64,000 nt of DNA from Bdellovibrionales bacterium (GTDB lineage: Bacteria > Bdellovibrionota > Bdellovibrionia > Bdellovibrionales > UBA1609): assembly GCA_020630675.1 (NCBI GenBank), contig JAHDIR010000001.1:153015-217014 (forward strand), read 5' to 3'. Positions within the stretch are counted from its first letter, which is position 1. Every line of letters begins with the position of its first letter. Below the pieces are notes generated by a model, which worked only from the letters and a program-made list of their open reading frames with translations, had not been told where the DNA came from and did no database searches. Position numbers and translations under genes: made by a program. Shown in pieces: positions 9,734 to 17,952 of this stretch.

Positions 9734-11059
9734 ATGAATCAAAAATTCAAAAATTTAGTTTTAGCTATTCTCGACATGGTTATTTTATGTCTTGCCGGCT
9801 ATCTGACTCTTCTTGTGCGTTACCCCTTAAATTTAGATGCTGAGCTTTTGTTAAAATACTCTGAGGCTTTGATTTACCTATTGCCCATATGGTTGCTCTT
9901 TTTTTATATCGAAGGGTTTTACTCCTATAAAAATAAAAAAACATGGGAAATGCTGATATCTATCATTAGAGCTGTCACCATAAATTCTGTTTTGTCGATA
10001 GTTTATTTTTATATATTTCCCCAGTTTAATATAACTCCAAAAACAAATATTGCTATCTACGCTGTGTTTTCTATCGGCTTACTTTTCGGTTTTAGGTATA
10101 TGTTTTTTAAATTGGTTTCGCTCAACGCCTTTGTTGTCAATACAGCTTTGGTGGGGCCAAAAGAGCTTTGCCTTGGTATTGAAACCTTTATTAATGAAAA
10201 TCCATTGTTGGGGTATCAGGTGGTTGAGAGGGCTCATAATTTAGAGGATTGCCCAGAAAACATTGGTAAATTTGATTTTGATCAGATTGATCTGGTGGCG
10301 ATTGACTCAAGGTATTTAAATAATCCGGTGGTTATGAAGTTACTTTATAAGAATTTGTCTAAGGATATTCGAATTTTAAATTTAGTAGACTATGTCGAAA
10401 AAGTATCTGGAGAAGTGGCGGTGGAAGACTTAGAGGAGTCTTGGGTGCTTAGAAACTTTGCGATTCGATCCAATAAGCGCTATTTTCGTTTGAAAAACTT
10501 TTTTGATAAGGTCGTGGCCCTATTGATTATGGTATTTGCGTTTCCTGTTTTTTTTCTTTCACTGGTTTTAGCCGCTTTAATGCATGGTCGCCCTCTATTT
10601 TTTAAGCAAAAAAGAACAGGCTATCTCGATCGAAAATTTGATTTGTATAAGCTTCGCACAATGGTGGTGGATGCTGAAAAAAATGGTCATATGTGGGCCA
10701 CGCCAGGAGACTGTCGAGTCACTGCCTTTGGCCGATTTTTGCGAAAATCGCGAATTGATGAGCTTCCTCAGCTTTGGAATGTTATCAAAGGAGATATGTC
10801 TTTGGTGGGACCTCGTCCGGAACGGCCTGAAATCATATCAAGTCTTGAAAAAAAACTACCCTTTTATAACGCTAGGCATTTAGTAAAGCCTGGGATTACT
10901 GGTTGGGCTCAGGTTAACTTTGGCTACGGTTGCTCAGATAGCGATTCATTGAAAAAGTTAAAGTTTGATTTGTATTACACCAAGCATAAGTCTTTATGGT
11001 TAGATCTGCGTATTGCTTTAAAAACAATAAAAACAATTTTAACGGGTGTCGGGCACTAG
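9734..11059 (+). CDS. Polyprenyl-phosphate glycosylphosphotransferase (WbaP/PssY-like initiating sugar transferase)
   Basis: N-terminal TM segments plus a C-terminal bacterial sugar transferase domain (PLFFKQKRTG, DELPQLWNVIKGDMSLVGPRP). Confidence 0.85.
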   Translation: MNQKFKNLVLAILDMVILCLAGYLTLLVRYPLNLDAELLLKYSEALIYLLPIWLLFFYIEGFYSYKNKKTWEMLISIIRAVTINSVLSIVYFYIFPQFNITPKTNIAIYAVFSIGLLFGFRYMFFKLVSLNAFVVNTALVGPKELCLGIETFINENPLLGYQVVERAHNLEDCPENIGKFDFDQIDLVAIDSRYLNNPVVMKLLYKNLSKDIRILNLVDYVEKVSGEVAVEDLEESWVLRNFAIRSNKRYFRLKNFFDKVVALLIMVFAFPVFFLSLVLAALMHGRPLFFKQKRTGYLDRKFDLYKLRTMVVDAEKNGHMWATPGDCRVTAFGRFLRKSRIDELPQLWNVIKGDMSLVGPRPERPEIISSLEKKLPFYNARHLVKPGITGWAQVNFGYGCSDSDSLKKLKFDLYYTKHKSLWLDLRIALKTIKTILTGVGH

Positions 11060-11142
11060 TGACAGCTTTAAAAGTGTGATTGTGCATATTGGTGATCTAA
11101 TATATAAAAGGCTAATAATAAACGGTTGAGAGAGGTCATATT

Positions 11143-11817
11143 TTGAAAGTATCGATGGTGATTCCTGCAAAAGGGCATAGTACAAGGTTAAAAAATAAAA
11201 ACCTTATTCGTGTTGAAGGTAAAACCTTGGTCGAAATTGCTTGTGAGAAAGCTTTGAAATGTAAAAACATAGATGATGTTTATTTAGATACTGAGAGTGA
11301 TGTAATTTTATCAAGTGTAGAGTGGCTTAGAAATGAAGGTCTCAAAGTCATTAAAAGGCCGGTAGAATTAGCTAGTAATGACACTGGAGCCAACGAGCTT
11401 TTGATCTATGCTTTGCATGCCATTGATGAGTGTGACTTGCTGGTACAAACGTTTGCAACTTCACCTATGATAAAGGCCTCAACAATAGATCGTTGTATCG
11501 AAAGCTTTGTAAACTGCAATGGAAACCATGAGAGTTTTTTTAGTGTTTTACCGACTCAAGAGTATTTTTGGGGGGAAACCGGTCAGCCTGTTAACTTTGA
11601 TACCAAAGAACTTCCCAATTCTTTTCAGTTAGAAAAAATGATGATGGAAACTCATGGTATATATGGTATTTATGCACAGTCTCTTTTAAAGTATAAAACA
11701 AGGGTTTCTCCTAACCCTTTACTTATACCGATTCCTAAAATTGAATCCTTAGATATTAACGATAAGGAAGATGCTTCAATACTTCAGAAGCTATTTTCAA
11801 AAGAGGTTTATGAATAA
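11143..11817 (+). CDS. Acylneuraminate-type cytidylyltransferase (NeuA-like, CMP-ulosonate synthetase)
   Basis: MVIPAKGHSTRLKNKNL motif of the CMP-NeuAc/CMP-Kdo synthetase fold. TTG start with a GAGAGG RBS 7 nt upstream. Confidence 0.75.
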   Translation: MKVSMVIPAKGHSTRLKNKNLIRVEGKTLVEIACEKALKCKNIDDVYLDTESDVILSSVEWLRNEGLKVIKRPVELASNDTGANELLIYALHAIDECDLLVQTFATSPMIKASTIDRCIESFVNCNGNHESFFSVLPTQEYFWGETGQPVNFDTKELPNSFQLEKMMMETHGIYGIYAQSLLKYKTRVSPNPLLIPIPKIESLDINDKEDASILQKLFSKEVYE

Positions 11818-12472
11818 TCAATACTATTTAGGCGCAATTTATGATGCCATGAGAATGTTGGGGTATAAGGCTAGTGACTTTTATATCAATATAAAACCAC
11901 AGGTCGGTTATGAATCATTAATATCTGGTCCTGCTTTTACAACTTATGGAGAGGTGGTCGATGCAAACTGTGATTACCCCTCCTTAGATAACATTCGTCT
12001 GAGCATGTATAAAAAACAAAACTTTGCTGACCGACCTATTGTTGTATTGCAGGCAAATGACGATCAGGTGGCTCACTCTGGTGATATCACCAGTCAAATA
12101 TATCAGGTCTTAGGGGCTGTTGGTTTTGTTACTGATGGTTTGGTTAGGGATTTAGATAAAATTCAAGGCCTGAAGTTTCCAATATTTTCAAAAGGGGGTA
12201 ATCCGATTGATGCCCTAGATTATTGGGCTTTAACAAAATACCAGGTTCCTGTTGTTATTGGTGGAGTAAAGATTTGTCCTGGTGATCACATTTTTGCTTC
12301 AATGGATGGTGTTATTTCTGTAAAAAAAGAGCTCTTATCGTCAATGCTGCAAAAACTGGACGATGTATTGCAAAAAGAAGAAAAAGCTAGAGCCTTTATT
12401 TCAGTCTTAGCACAATCGGACTCTATGACCCAGCAGCTGGAAGCTTGGGTGGATAAGAATGGGAGATGGTAA
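11810..12472 (+). CDS. RraA-family protein (4-hydroxy-2-oxoacid aldolase / oxaloacetate decarboxylase-like)
   Basis: AHSGDITSQ...GAVGFVTDGLVRDLDKI...FPIFSKGGNP and GGVKICPGDHIFASMDGVISV match the RraA-like fold. ATG 11810 (AAGAGG RBS) overlaps the upstream stop. Maximal ORF starts at 11771. Confidence 0.65.
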   Translation: MNNQYYLGAIYDAMRMLGYKASDFYINIKPQVGYESLISGPAFTTYGEVVDANCDYPSLDNIRLSMYKKQNFADRPIVVLQANDDQVAHSGDITSQIYQVLGAVGFVTDGLVRDLDKIQGLKFPIFSKGGNPIDALDYWALTKYQVPVVIGGVKICPGDHIFASMDGVISVKKELLSSMLQKLDDVLQKEEKARAFISVLAQSDSMTQQLEAWVDKNGRW

Positions 12473-13310
12473 AGTGATTAAACCTAAATTTGTGGCCGAG
12501 CTTTCTATAAATCATCTGGGTATGGTTAGTATAGCTAAGCAAATGATACTAGCCGCTCAGAAAAGTGGTGCTGATTATATTAAATTGAAACTTAAAAATG
12601 TGAATAAATACTATAAAGATGATGGTAAAAAATGGAGAAACTTTCCTTTCAAACTTTATCGTGGTTCCCTTGAATTAAGTAGGGATGATTTTTTTGAAAT
12701 TGATAAATTTTGTAAAGAACTAGGTATTAAATGGTTTACAACTGTTCACGATGAAGAGAGTTTAGATTTCGTTAGTCAATTCGACCCACCTTTTTATAAA
12801 ATTGCATCAATGGATGCGAGTAAAAGTGATTTTGTCGATCTTGTTATGAACAAGTGTAAAAAGGAAGATAGGGCTTTTGTTATTAGTATTGGCGGCAAGT
12901 CCGATAGCTTCACTAAAGATATTATTGCAAAGATAGATTCTATGGGATTGAAAGCCAATGTTTTGCATACGGTCTCTATTTACCCAACACCTGTTGGGCA
13001 GAGTAATATTAATTATATTAGAAAGTTGAAAGCAGCATTTGAAACTGACAAAATTAGAATTGGTTATTCTGGTCATGAAGTTGGTTATGCTGCATCTTTG
13101 TTAGCTGCATCTATTGGAGTGGGGATGATTGAGCGACACTTTACTCTGTCACGAGACATAAACATTCATCATATAAATGCAGCTTTAAACCCAGGAGAGT
13201 TTAAATCAATGGTTGACCTCATTTCTGAAGTTTCTGAGGAAAACAATACAGAAGCTGCCGACTTTAGTGTTGAGGAGTTCAAATTTCTTGAGGATAGGAC
13301 TTACGAATGA
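12459..13310 (+). CDS. NeuB-family PEP-condensing ulosonate synthase, short form without SAF domain
   Basis: FVAELSINHLG...AQKSGADYIKLK and IGYSGHEVG...GVGMIERHFTLS match the NeuB TIM barrel. Only 283 aa, ending where the SAF domain normally begins. Confidence 0.75.
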   Translation: MGDGKVIKPKFVAELSINHLGMVSIAKQMILAAQKSGADYIKLKLKNVNKYYKDDGKKWRNFPFKLYRGSLELSRDDFFEIDKFCKELGIKWFTTVHDEESLDFVSQFDPPFYKIASMDASKSDFVDLVMNKCKKEDRAFVISIGGKSDSFTKDIIAKIDSMGLKANVLHTVSIYPTPVGQSNINYIRKLKAAFETDKIRIGYSGHEVGYAASLLAASIGVGMIERHFTLSRDINIHHINAALNPGEFKSMVDLISEVSEENNTEAADFSVEEFKFLEDRTYE

Positions 13311-13897
13311 TTTACATTGTTAGGCACGGGCAAACAGTTTGGAATAAGCAAAAACGGAAACAAGGCCGAAAAGATTCCCCCTTGACTTTATTAGGAGTTA
13401 AGCAAGCTATTGCCGTAGCAGATAGGTTGTCCCAAGAAGACGAAATTTTAAATTTTAAATGGCTATGTAGCCCACTTTTTAGGGCTTGGCAGTCTTGTCA
13501 ATTGGCAACTGAGACAATGGGGGGAGTTATTGATTACTCCCAGGAAAGTCAGCTAATGGAGCATAGCTTTGGGGCCTGGGAAGGTCTTAATGAAAGTGAA
13601 ATTGAAGAAAAATTCCCTGGAATGGTCGCTGATAGAGAGGCCAGTTGGTGGACTTACCAGGTTCCGGGCGGTGAATCCTACGAACTTCTTTTTCAAAGAG
13701 TTTCTCATTTTCTTGATCAACGCTACGACGGAAGTCAGAAGCTAGTTCTTTATACTCACGAAATGGTCAGTAAAATGTTAAGGGCTAAGTTGCTTCAGCT
13801 CAGTCAAGAAGAGAGCCTACGGTTGAATCACCCTCAAAATGTCATATACAAAATCAACAAAGGGTTGCTTACTGAGTTAAAAACCTCAGTGAATTAG
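13307..13897 (+). CDS. Histidine phosphatase superfamily protein (phosphoglycerate mutase-like)
   Basis: IYIVRHGQTVWN...QGRKDSPLTLLGVKQA catalytic RHG motif. ATGA overlap with the NeuB-like gene. Confidence 0.8.
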   Translation: MIYIVRHGQTVWNKQKRKQGRKDSPLTLLGVKQAIAVADRLSQEDEILNFKWLCSPLFRAWQSCQLATETMGGVIDYSQESQLMEHSFGAWEGLNESEIEEKFPGMVADREASWWTYQVPGGESYELLFQRVSHFLDQRYDGSQKLVLYTHEMVSKMLRAKLLQLSQEESLRLNHPQNVIYKINKGLLTELKTSVN

Positions 13898-15384
13898 TTT
13901 TGTTTAAAGTAAGACTTTATTTTGATTACTGGGTAAGCGCATCTTTTTAAAATTTTGTAAATTAGCGACTTTTCTATTCGGTTAAGCTTTAATTCAAGGA
14001 TCTGAAGATGTTGCCCTACAATGGTGAAATCTTTTTGTAACTTTTTAAATTTAGTATAAAAATCATAATAACGAGGGTCTGTTTTTAGGCTTTCAATGCC
14101 ATCCCATTCAGGAATGTGAGATGGGACATTTTTTGTGATCATATTTTCAATGTAGAAATCTGAATAAGATTTACATTCAAAAACTGGCCCAGCTAAGTTA
14201 AAATTTATATTAGAATAATTATTTTGGGTCAGTAAGGTGTCGATATATTTTTTCATAAAGAAGGGGTCTTCATATTTTTCTTTAGGAATGTAGTAGTGGC
14301 TAAGAAGGTGATGTATAGCGGGGAGTTGATCTACGGTCTTTTTTTCGAGCTCAGTTTGAAATTGCGAAACAAGAGTGCATTGAGCCATTTGTGCAATTCC
14401 ACCTTGCCCAAAAGAAAATAATTTTTTTCCAAAAAACAGGGCTTGCAAGGCAATGCTTGAGTATATTGAAATGACAGCATCGACATGATGTAGAATAAAT
14501 TGAGAGCACCCGTACCAGTTATCAAACCTTTCTTGGTAAATAAAGTTGGGAAATTCATTTCGAAGAGATTCAATAAAGTCTTGTTTTAAAACTCGGTAAT
14601 TAGGGTGTTGAGTAACGATAAGAGCTGTCGATGGGTCAAGGTGGCTGAGTGTACTAATAATTAGGTCAAGTTGGGAGCTAAAGCCTGTGTCGGCTTCAAA
14701 GTCTGAAAAATTAAAGTATTGAAGGGGAAGTAAAACTGATTTTTTAAATTGAGATAAGGTTTCTTTCAAGTCATGAAAGGGATCTTTAGCTGAAAAAACC
14801 TCAGAGATGTAATTGTCTCTTAATTTAATAAGTTTATCTCTATCTTCATTGGAAAGCTCTAACTGTTTTAGTTGTTCAGAGTTCTTGGCAATAAAGCTTG
14901 AGTCGTATTGTCCGTAGGGGTCTAGGTAGTAAGTAAGAGGAAAGGGTGGGCGCGAAAACATTCCAACTTCTTGGTGGAGTATTAGCGACTTAGGGAAAAG
15001 TTCTTTTAAAAAAGGGGCTGGTGTGTTGAATACAAAAATAAGGTCTGGGGAGAAATGATCAAGTTTACTTAAAAGAAGTTCTTTATATTTACTAGATTCA
15101 CCTTTGCAGTAGTTAAATTTATAAAAACTTGAAATTTGGTTTGTACAGCCTTTAATGTGAAGTTGAAGTTCTTTATATTTGATTGTTTGAACAGTAAGGT
15201 TGTTGGGGCAGGGGGTGGGTAGTCCATTTTTGGCCATATTTTTACTACATAGAACTTTACCAAGGATATTTGGGTAAGCTATGGATAAAGTTTTGTATAG
15301 GTTAATAAAAGTTTCACCTTGATTTAGGTTAAAACTTAAGTTCTCGCCTTGTATAGTTGGTTCTATGTAAAATAAAACATTCAT
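13894..15384 (-). CDS. Hypothetical protein, possible capsule-synthesis (KpsS/KpsC, PF05159-like) glycosyltransferase
   Basis: 496 aa. The C-half segments VLLPLQYFNFSDFEADTG, IVTQHPNY and VDAVISIYSSIALQALFFGKKLFSFGQG resemble the KpsS/KpsC pattern. No confident family call without a search. Confidence 0.4.
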   Translation of the reverse strand: MNVLFYIEPTIQGENLSFNLNQGETFINLYKTLSIAYPNILGKVLCSKNMAKNGLPTPCPNNLTVQTIKYKELQLHIKGCTNQISSFYKFNYCKGESSKYKELLLSKLDHFSPDLIFVFNTPAPFLKELFPKSLILHQEVGMFSRPPFPLTYYLDPYGQYDSSFIAKNSEQLKQLELSNEDRDKLIKLRDNYISEVFSAKDPFHDLKETLSQFKKSVLLPLQYFNFSDFEADTGFSSQLDLIISTLSHLDPSTALIVTQHPNYRVLKQDFIESLRNEFPNFIYQERFDNWYGCSQFILHHVDAVISIYSSIALQALFFGKKLFSFGQGGIAQMAQCTLVSQFQTELEKKTVDQLPAIHHLLSHYYIPKEKYEDPFFMKKYIDTLLTQNNYSNINFNLAGPVFECKSYSDFYIENMITKNVPSHIPEWDGIESLKTDPRYYDFYTKFKKLQKDFTIVGQHLQILELKLNRIEKSLIYKILKRCAYPVIKIKSYFKQN

Positions 15385-15541
15385 TGTAGTTCATAATTCC
15401 ATTGGTAGTTTATAGACGACCACTTTATTCTTTTGTTTTTTTTGTGTCATTAATTTTAACTAAAGATATTTCTGTAGCACTTGGTTTGACTGAAGTGTGT
15501 GAATTCTTGATCTCTCTTTTTTATTCAGTTAAGTATAGTGA

Positions 15542-16303
15542 ATGATAAATGATCTGTGCAGTGTAATTATGCCTGTTTTTAACTCATCTCAATATATTGA
15601 GGAAGCTGTCAATTCGGTTTTGACACAATCTTACGAAAAATTGGAATTGCTAATTATTGATGATGGCTCAACTGATAATACTTTGAGTATGGCAAAAAAA
15701 ATGAACAAACTAGATTCGCGTATTCGTATTGTTGAAAGCTGTGCCAATGAAGGGGTTGCTCAAGCAAGAAATAAAGGTCTCAGAGAGGCTAAGGGCGAGT
15801 ACATTGCCTTTTTAGACTCTGATGACTTGTGGAGTCAAGATAAGCTGAAGGCTCAAATAGCGTTTCTGAAAAAAGACTCTAAAGTTGATATATGTTTTTC
15901 AGAGTACTCAAGGATAAAGAGCGATGGTCAAATAATTACAGAAAGAGTGACAGTCCCCCTGGAGGGCAATTATCAATCGTTGTTAAAGCATAATTATATT
16001 CCTATGCTAACGAGTATAGTTAGAAAGGCTGCTTTGGGGGGAGCTGAGTTTCATTCGGTTGGTCATGAGGATTATTTGTTTTGGTTGACCTTGTTAAAAA
16101 AGCCTTTAACAGCCAAAAGTATACCTCAGGTTCTTGCAAGCTATAGGGTAACTCCAGGCTCTTTGTCTGCCAACAAGTTGAGATCTTTTCAATGGCTTTG
16201 GAGAATTTTTCGTTATAAAGAAAAATTAAGTCTATTTACATGTGTTTACTTGGTTTTCAATGTGGCGATAAGATCTCGTTTAAAACTTTTTAGGAGGAAT
16301 TAA
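15542..16303 (+). CDS. Family 2 glycosyltransferase
   Basis: SVIMPVFNSSQYIEEAVNSVLTQSY..LELLIIDDGSTDNT and FLDSDD motifs. Confidence 0.85.
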   Translation: MINDLCSVIMPVFNSSQYIEEAVNSVLTQSYEKLELLIIDDGSTDNTLSMAKKMNKLDSRIRIVESCANEGVAQARNKGLREAKGEYIAFLDSDDLWSQDKLKAQIAFLKKDSKVDICFSEYSRIKSDGQIITERVTVPLEGNYQSLLKHNYIPMLTSIVRKAALGGAEFHSVGHEDYLFWLTLLKKPLTAKSIPQVLASYRVTPGSLSANKLRSFQWLWRIFRYKEKLSLFTCVYLVFNVAIRSRLKLFRRN

Positions 16304-17952
16304 TGACTAGTCCTGTGGCTTTTATTCTCGTTGGAGGTAAAGGGAGTCGTTTACAAAGTGTTGTGTCTGATGTTCCTAAACCCTTAGCAAGTATTGGTGG
16401 TGAGCCTTTTTTATATATTCTCTTAAGAAGTTTAAAAAAAGAAGGGGTTTCTCGTGTGGTGCTTTTGACAGGTTACAAGGCTGAATTAATTGAACAAGCC
16501 TGTGGTAACGGGAGCCAGTTTGGCTTAGAAATTATATATTCTGTTGAAAGTTTTCCTTTGGGCACAGGAGGGGCTGCCAAACTTGCAGAGAAGTATGTTG
16601 CAAGTGATGGAAGTTGTCTTTTGATAAATGGTGATACATTTATTGAATCCTCGGTTTCTGAGGTTTTAAGTTTTAAACCTTCGATAGATTGTCCTGTTGG
16701 TATGGGTGTGATGCCTGTTTCGAATGTTGAAAGATTTGGGAAAGTTGAGTTTGACAATAATAAAACGATCACTTCTCTTTCTGAAAAAACAGCCTCAGGT
16801 TATGGTTTTGTTAATTCTGGTATTTATCATATTCACAAAAGCGTACTTTCAAATATGGTTAAGGAAAAATTTATCTCCTTTGAGAATGACACTCTGCCTA
16901 TCCTTTTAGAAAAAAAAAATAGCTTGAAAGTGATCCCTTTGAGTGGGGAATTTTTTGATATTGGTTTACCTAGTAGTTATGGCCGATTTAACGCCGATAT
17001 AATTTTACAGTCTTTAAGGACTGTTTTTTTAAAAGAAATGCTTTTGCTTTTTTTGCAACAAGGGCGACTTTTTGTTGATAATGATTTTGCTGATGAGGCT
17101 CATGAAATTAAGGAGTTGTTGTTATCTGAAGGGGTTGAAGTGGTTCAGGGAAGCTCGGCTGTTCTTAAAGAGAAACTTAGGAATACGGCTTCTTCTCGTG
17201 ATATTGTAATGACCTCTAATGAAGAGCTTTGTTGTGATCTTTTAAAGGAGTTTCCTGTAAAAATTATTGGTGGTGCTGAATTGTCCTTAAATAGCAATAT
17301 TATAGCCTTTCCTGATAACTTCTCTTTGGTTGCAAATGATCTTGTGAAAGCCCTGAAGGTGGCGCGTTGCTCAAAGGGATTATTTGAGTTTTCAAAAAGC
17401 TATTCAAGACAAGCGCTATTTTTAGATCGAGACGGTGTTGTTATCAAGTTCGTTAATTATATTAGTAGGGCCTCTGATGTGGAGGTTCTGTCTGATGCCG
17501 TTGACTTAATAAAAAGAGCAAATAGGGCTGGAATTCCTGTTTTTATAGTTACAAATCAATCTGGAATTGGAAGAGGGTATTACTCTTATTCAGATTATTA
17601 CTCTGTTGATAGGGAGATGAAAAGGCAGTTAGCTTCAAATGGTTGCTTCGTTGATGAGGTTTTGTTTAGTGATTATTATGAAGAATCTTTGAGATCAAAT
17701 TGTCTTGCTGGGAGAAGTCGACGAAAGCCAGGCTCAGGTATGTTGACCGAAGTAGCAAGAAGACATCATATCAACCTTGAAACCTCCCTGATGGCAGGTG
17801 ATAAAGCTTCAGATGTTTGGGCAGGATATAACGGCGGAATTAAAAAATTGTATTTAAAACAAGGGAATGAAGAGCAAGATATAATCAGTGAACTCACGGA
17901 GGAAATGTCAACCTGCAAGTTGATAGAAAATCTTAAGGAAATACCTATTTGA
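16303..17952 (+). CDS. Fusion: sugar-1-phosphate nucleotidyltransferase (HddC-like) / unknown middle domain / D,D-heptose 1,7-bisphosphate phosphatase (GmhB-like HAD)
   Basis: N-terminus: AFILVGGKGSRLQSVVSDVPKPL. C-terminus: LFLDRDGVV, VTNQSGIGRGYY, RKPGSGM, GDKASD (GmhB/HisB-N HAD motifs). About 130 aa between the two domains has no recognisable motif. Confidence 0.75.
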   Translation: MTSPVAFILVGGKGSRLQSVVSDVPKPLASIGGEPFLYILLRSLKKEGVSRVVLLTGYKAELIEQACGNGSQFGLEIIYSVESFPLGTGGAAKLAEKYVASDGSCLLINGDTFIESSVSEVLSFKPSIDCPVGMGVMPVSNVERFGKVEFDNNKTITSLSEKTASGYGFVNSGIYHIHKSVLSNMVKEKFISFENDTLPILLEKKNSLKVIPLSGEFFDIGLPSSYGRFNADIILQSLRTVFLKEMLLLFLQQGRLFVDNDFADEAHEIKELLLSEGVEVVQGSSAVLKEKLRNTASSRDIVMTSNEELCCDLLKEFPVKIIGGAELSLNSNIIAFPDNFSLVANDLVKALKVARCSKGLFEFSKSYSRQALFLDRDGVVIKFVNYISRASDVEVLSDAVDLIKRANRAGIPVFIVTNQSGIGRGYYSYSDYYSVDREMKRQLASNGCFVDEVLFSDYYEESLRSNCLAGRSRRKPGSGMLTEVARRHHINLETSLMAGDKASDVWAGYNGGIKKLYLKQGNEEQDIISELTEEMSTCKLIENLKEIPI

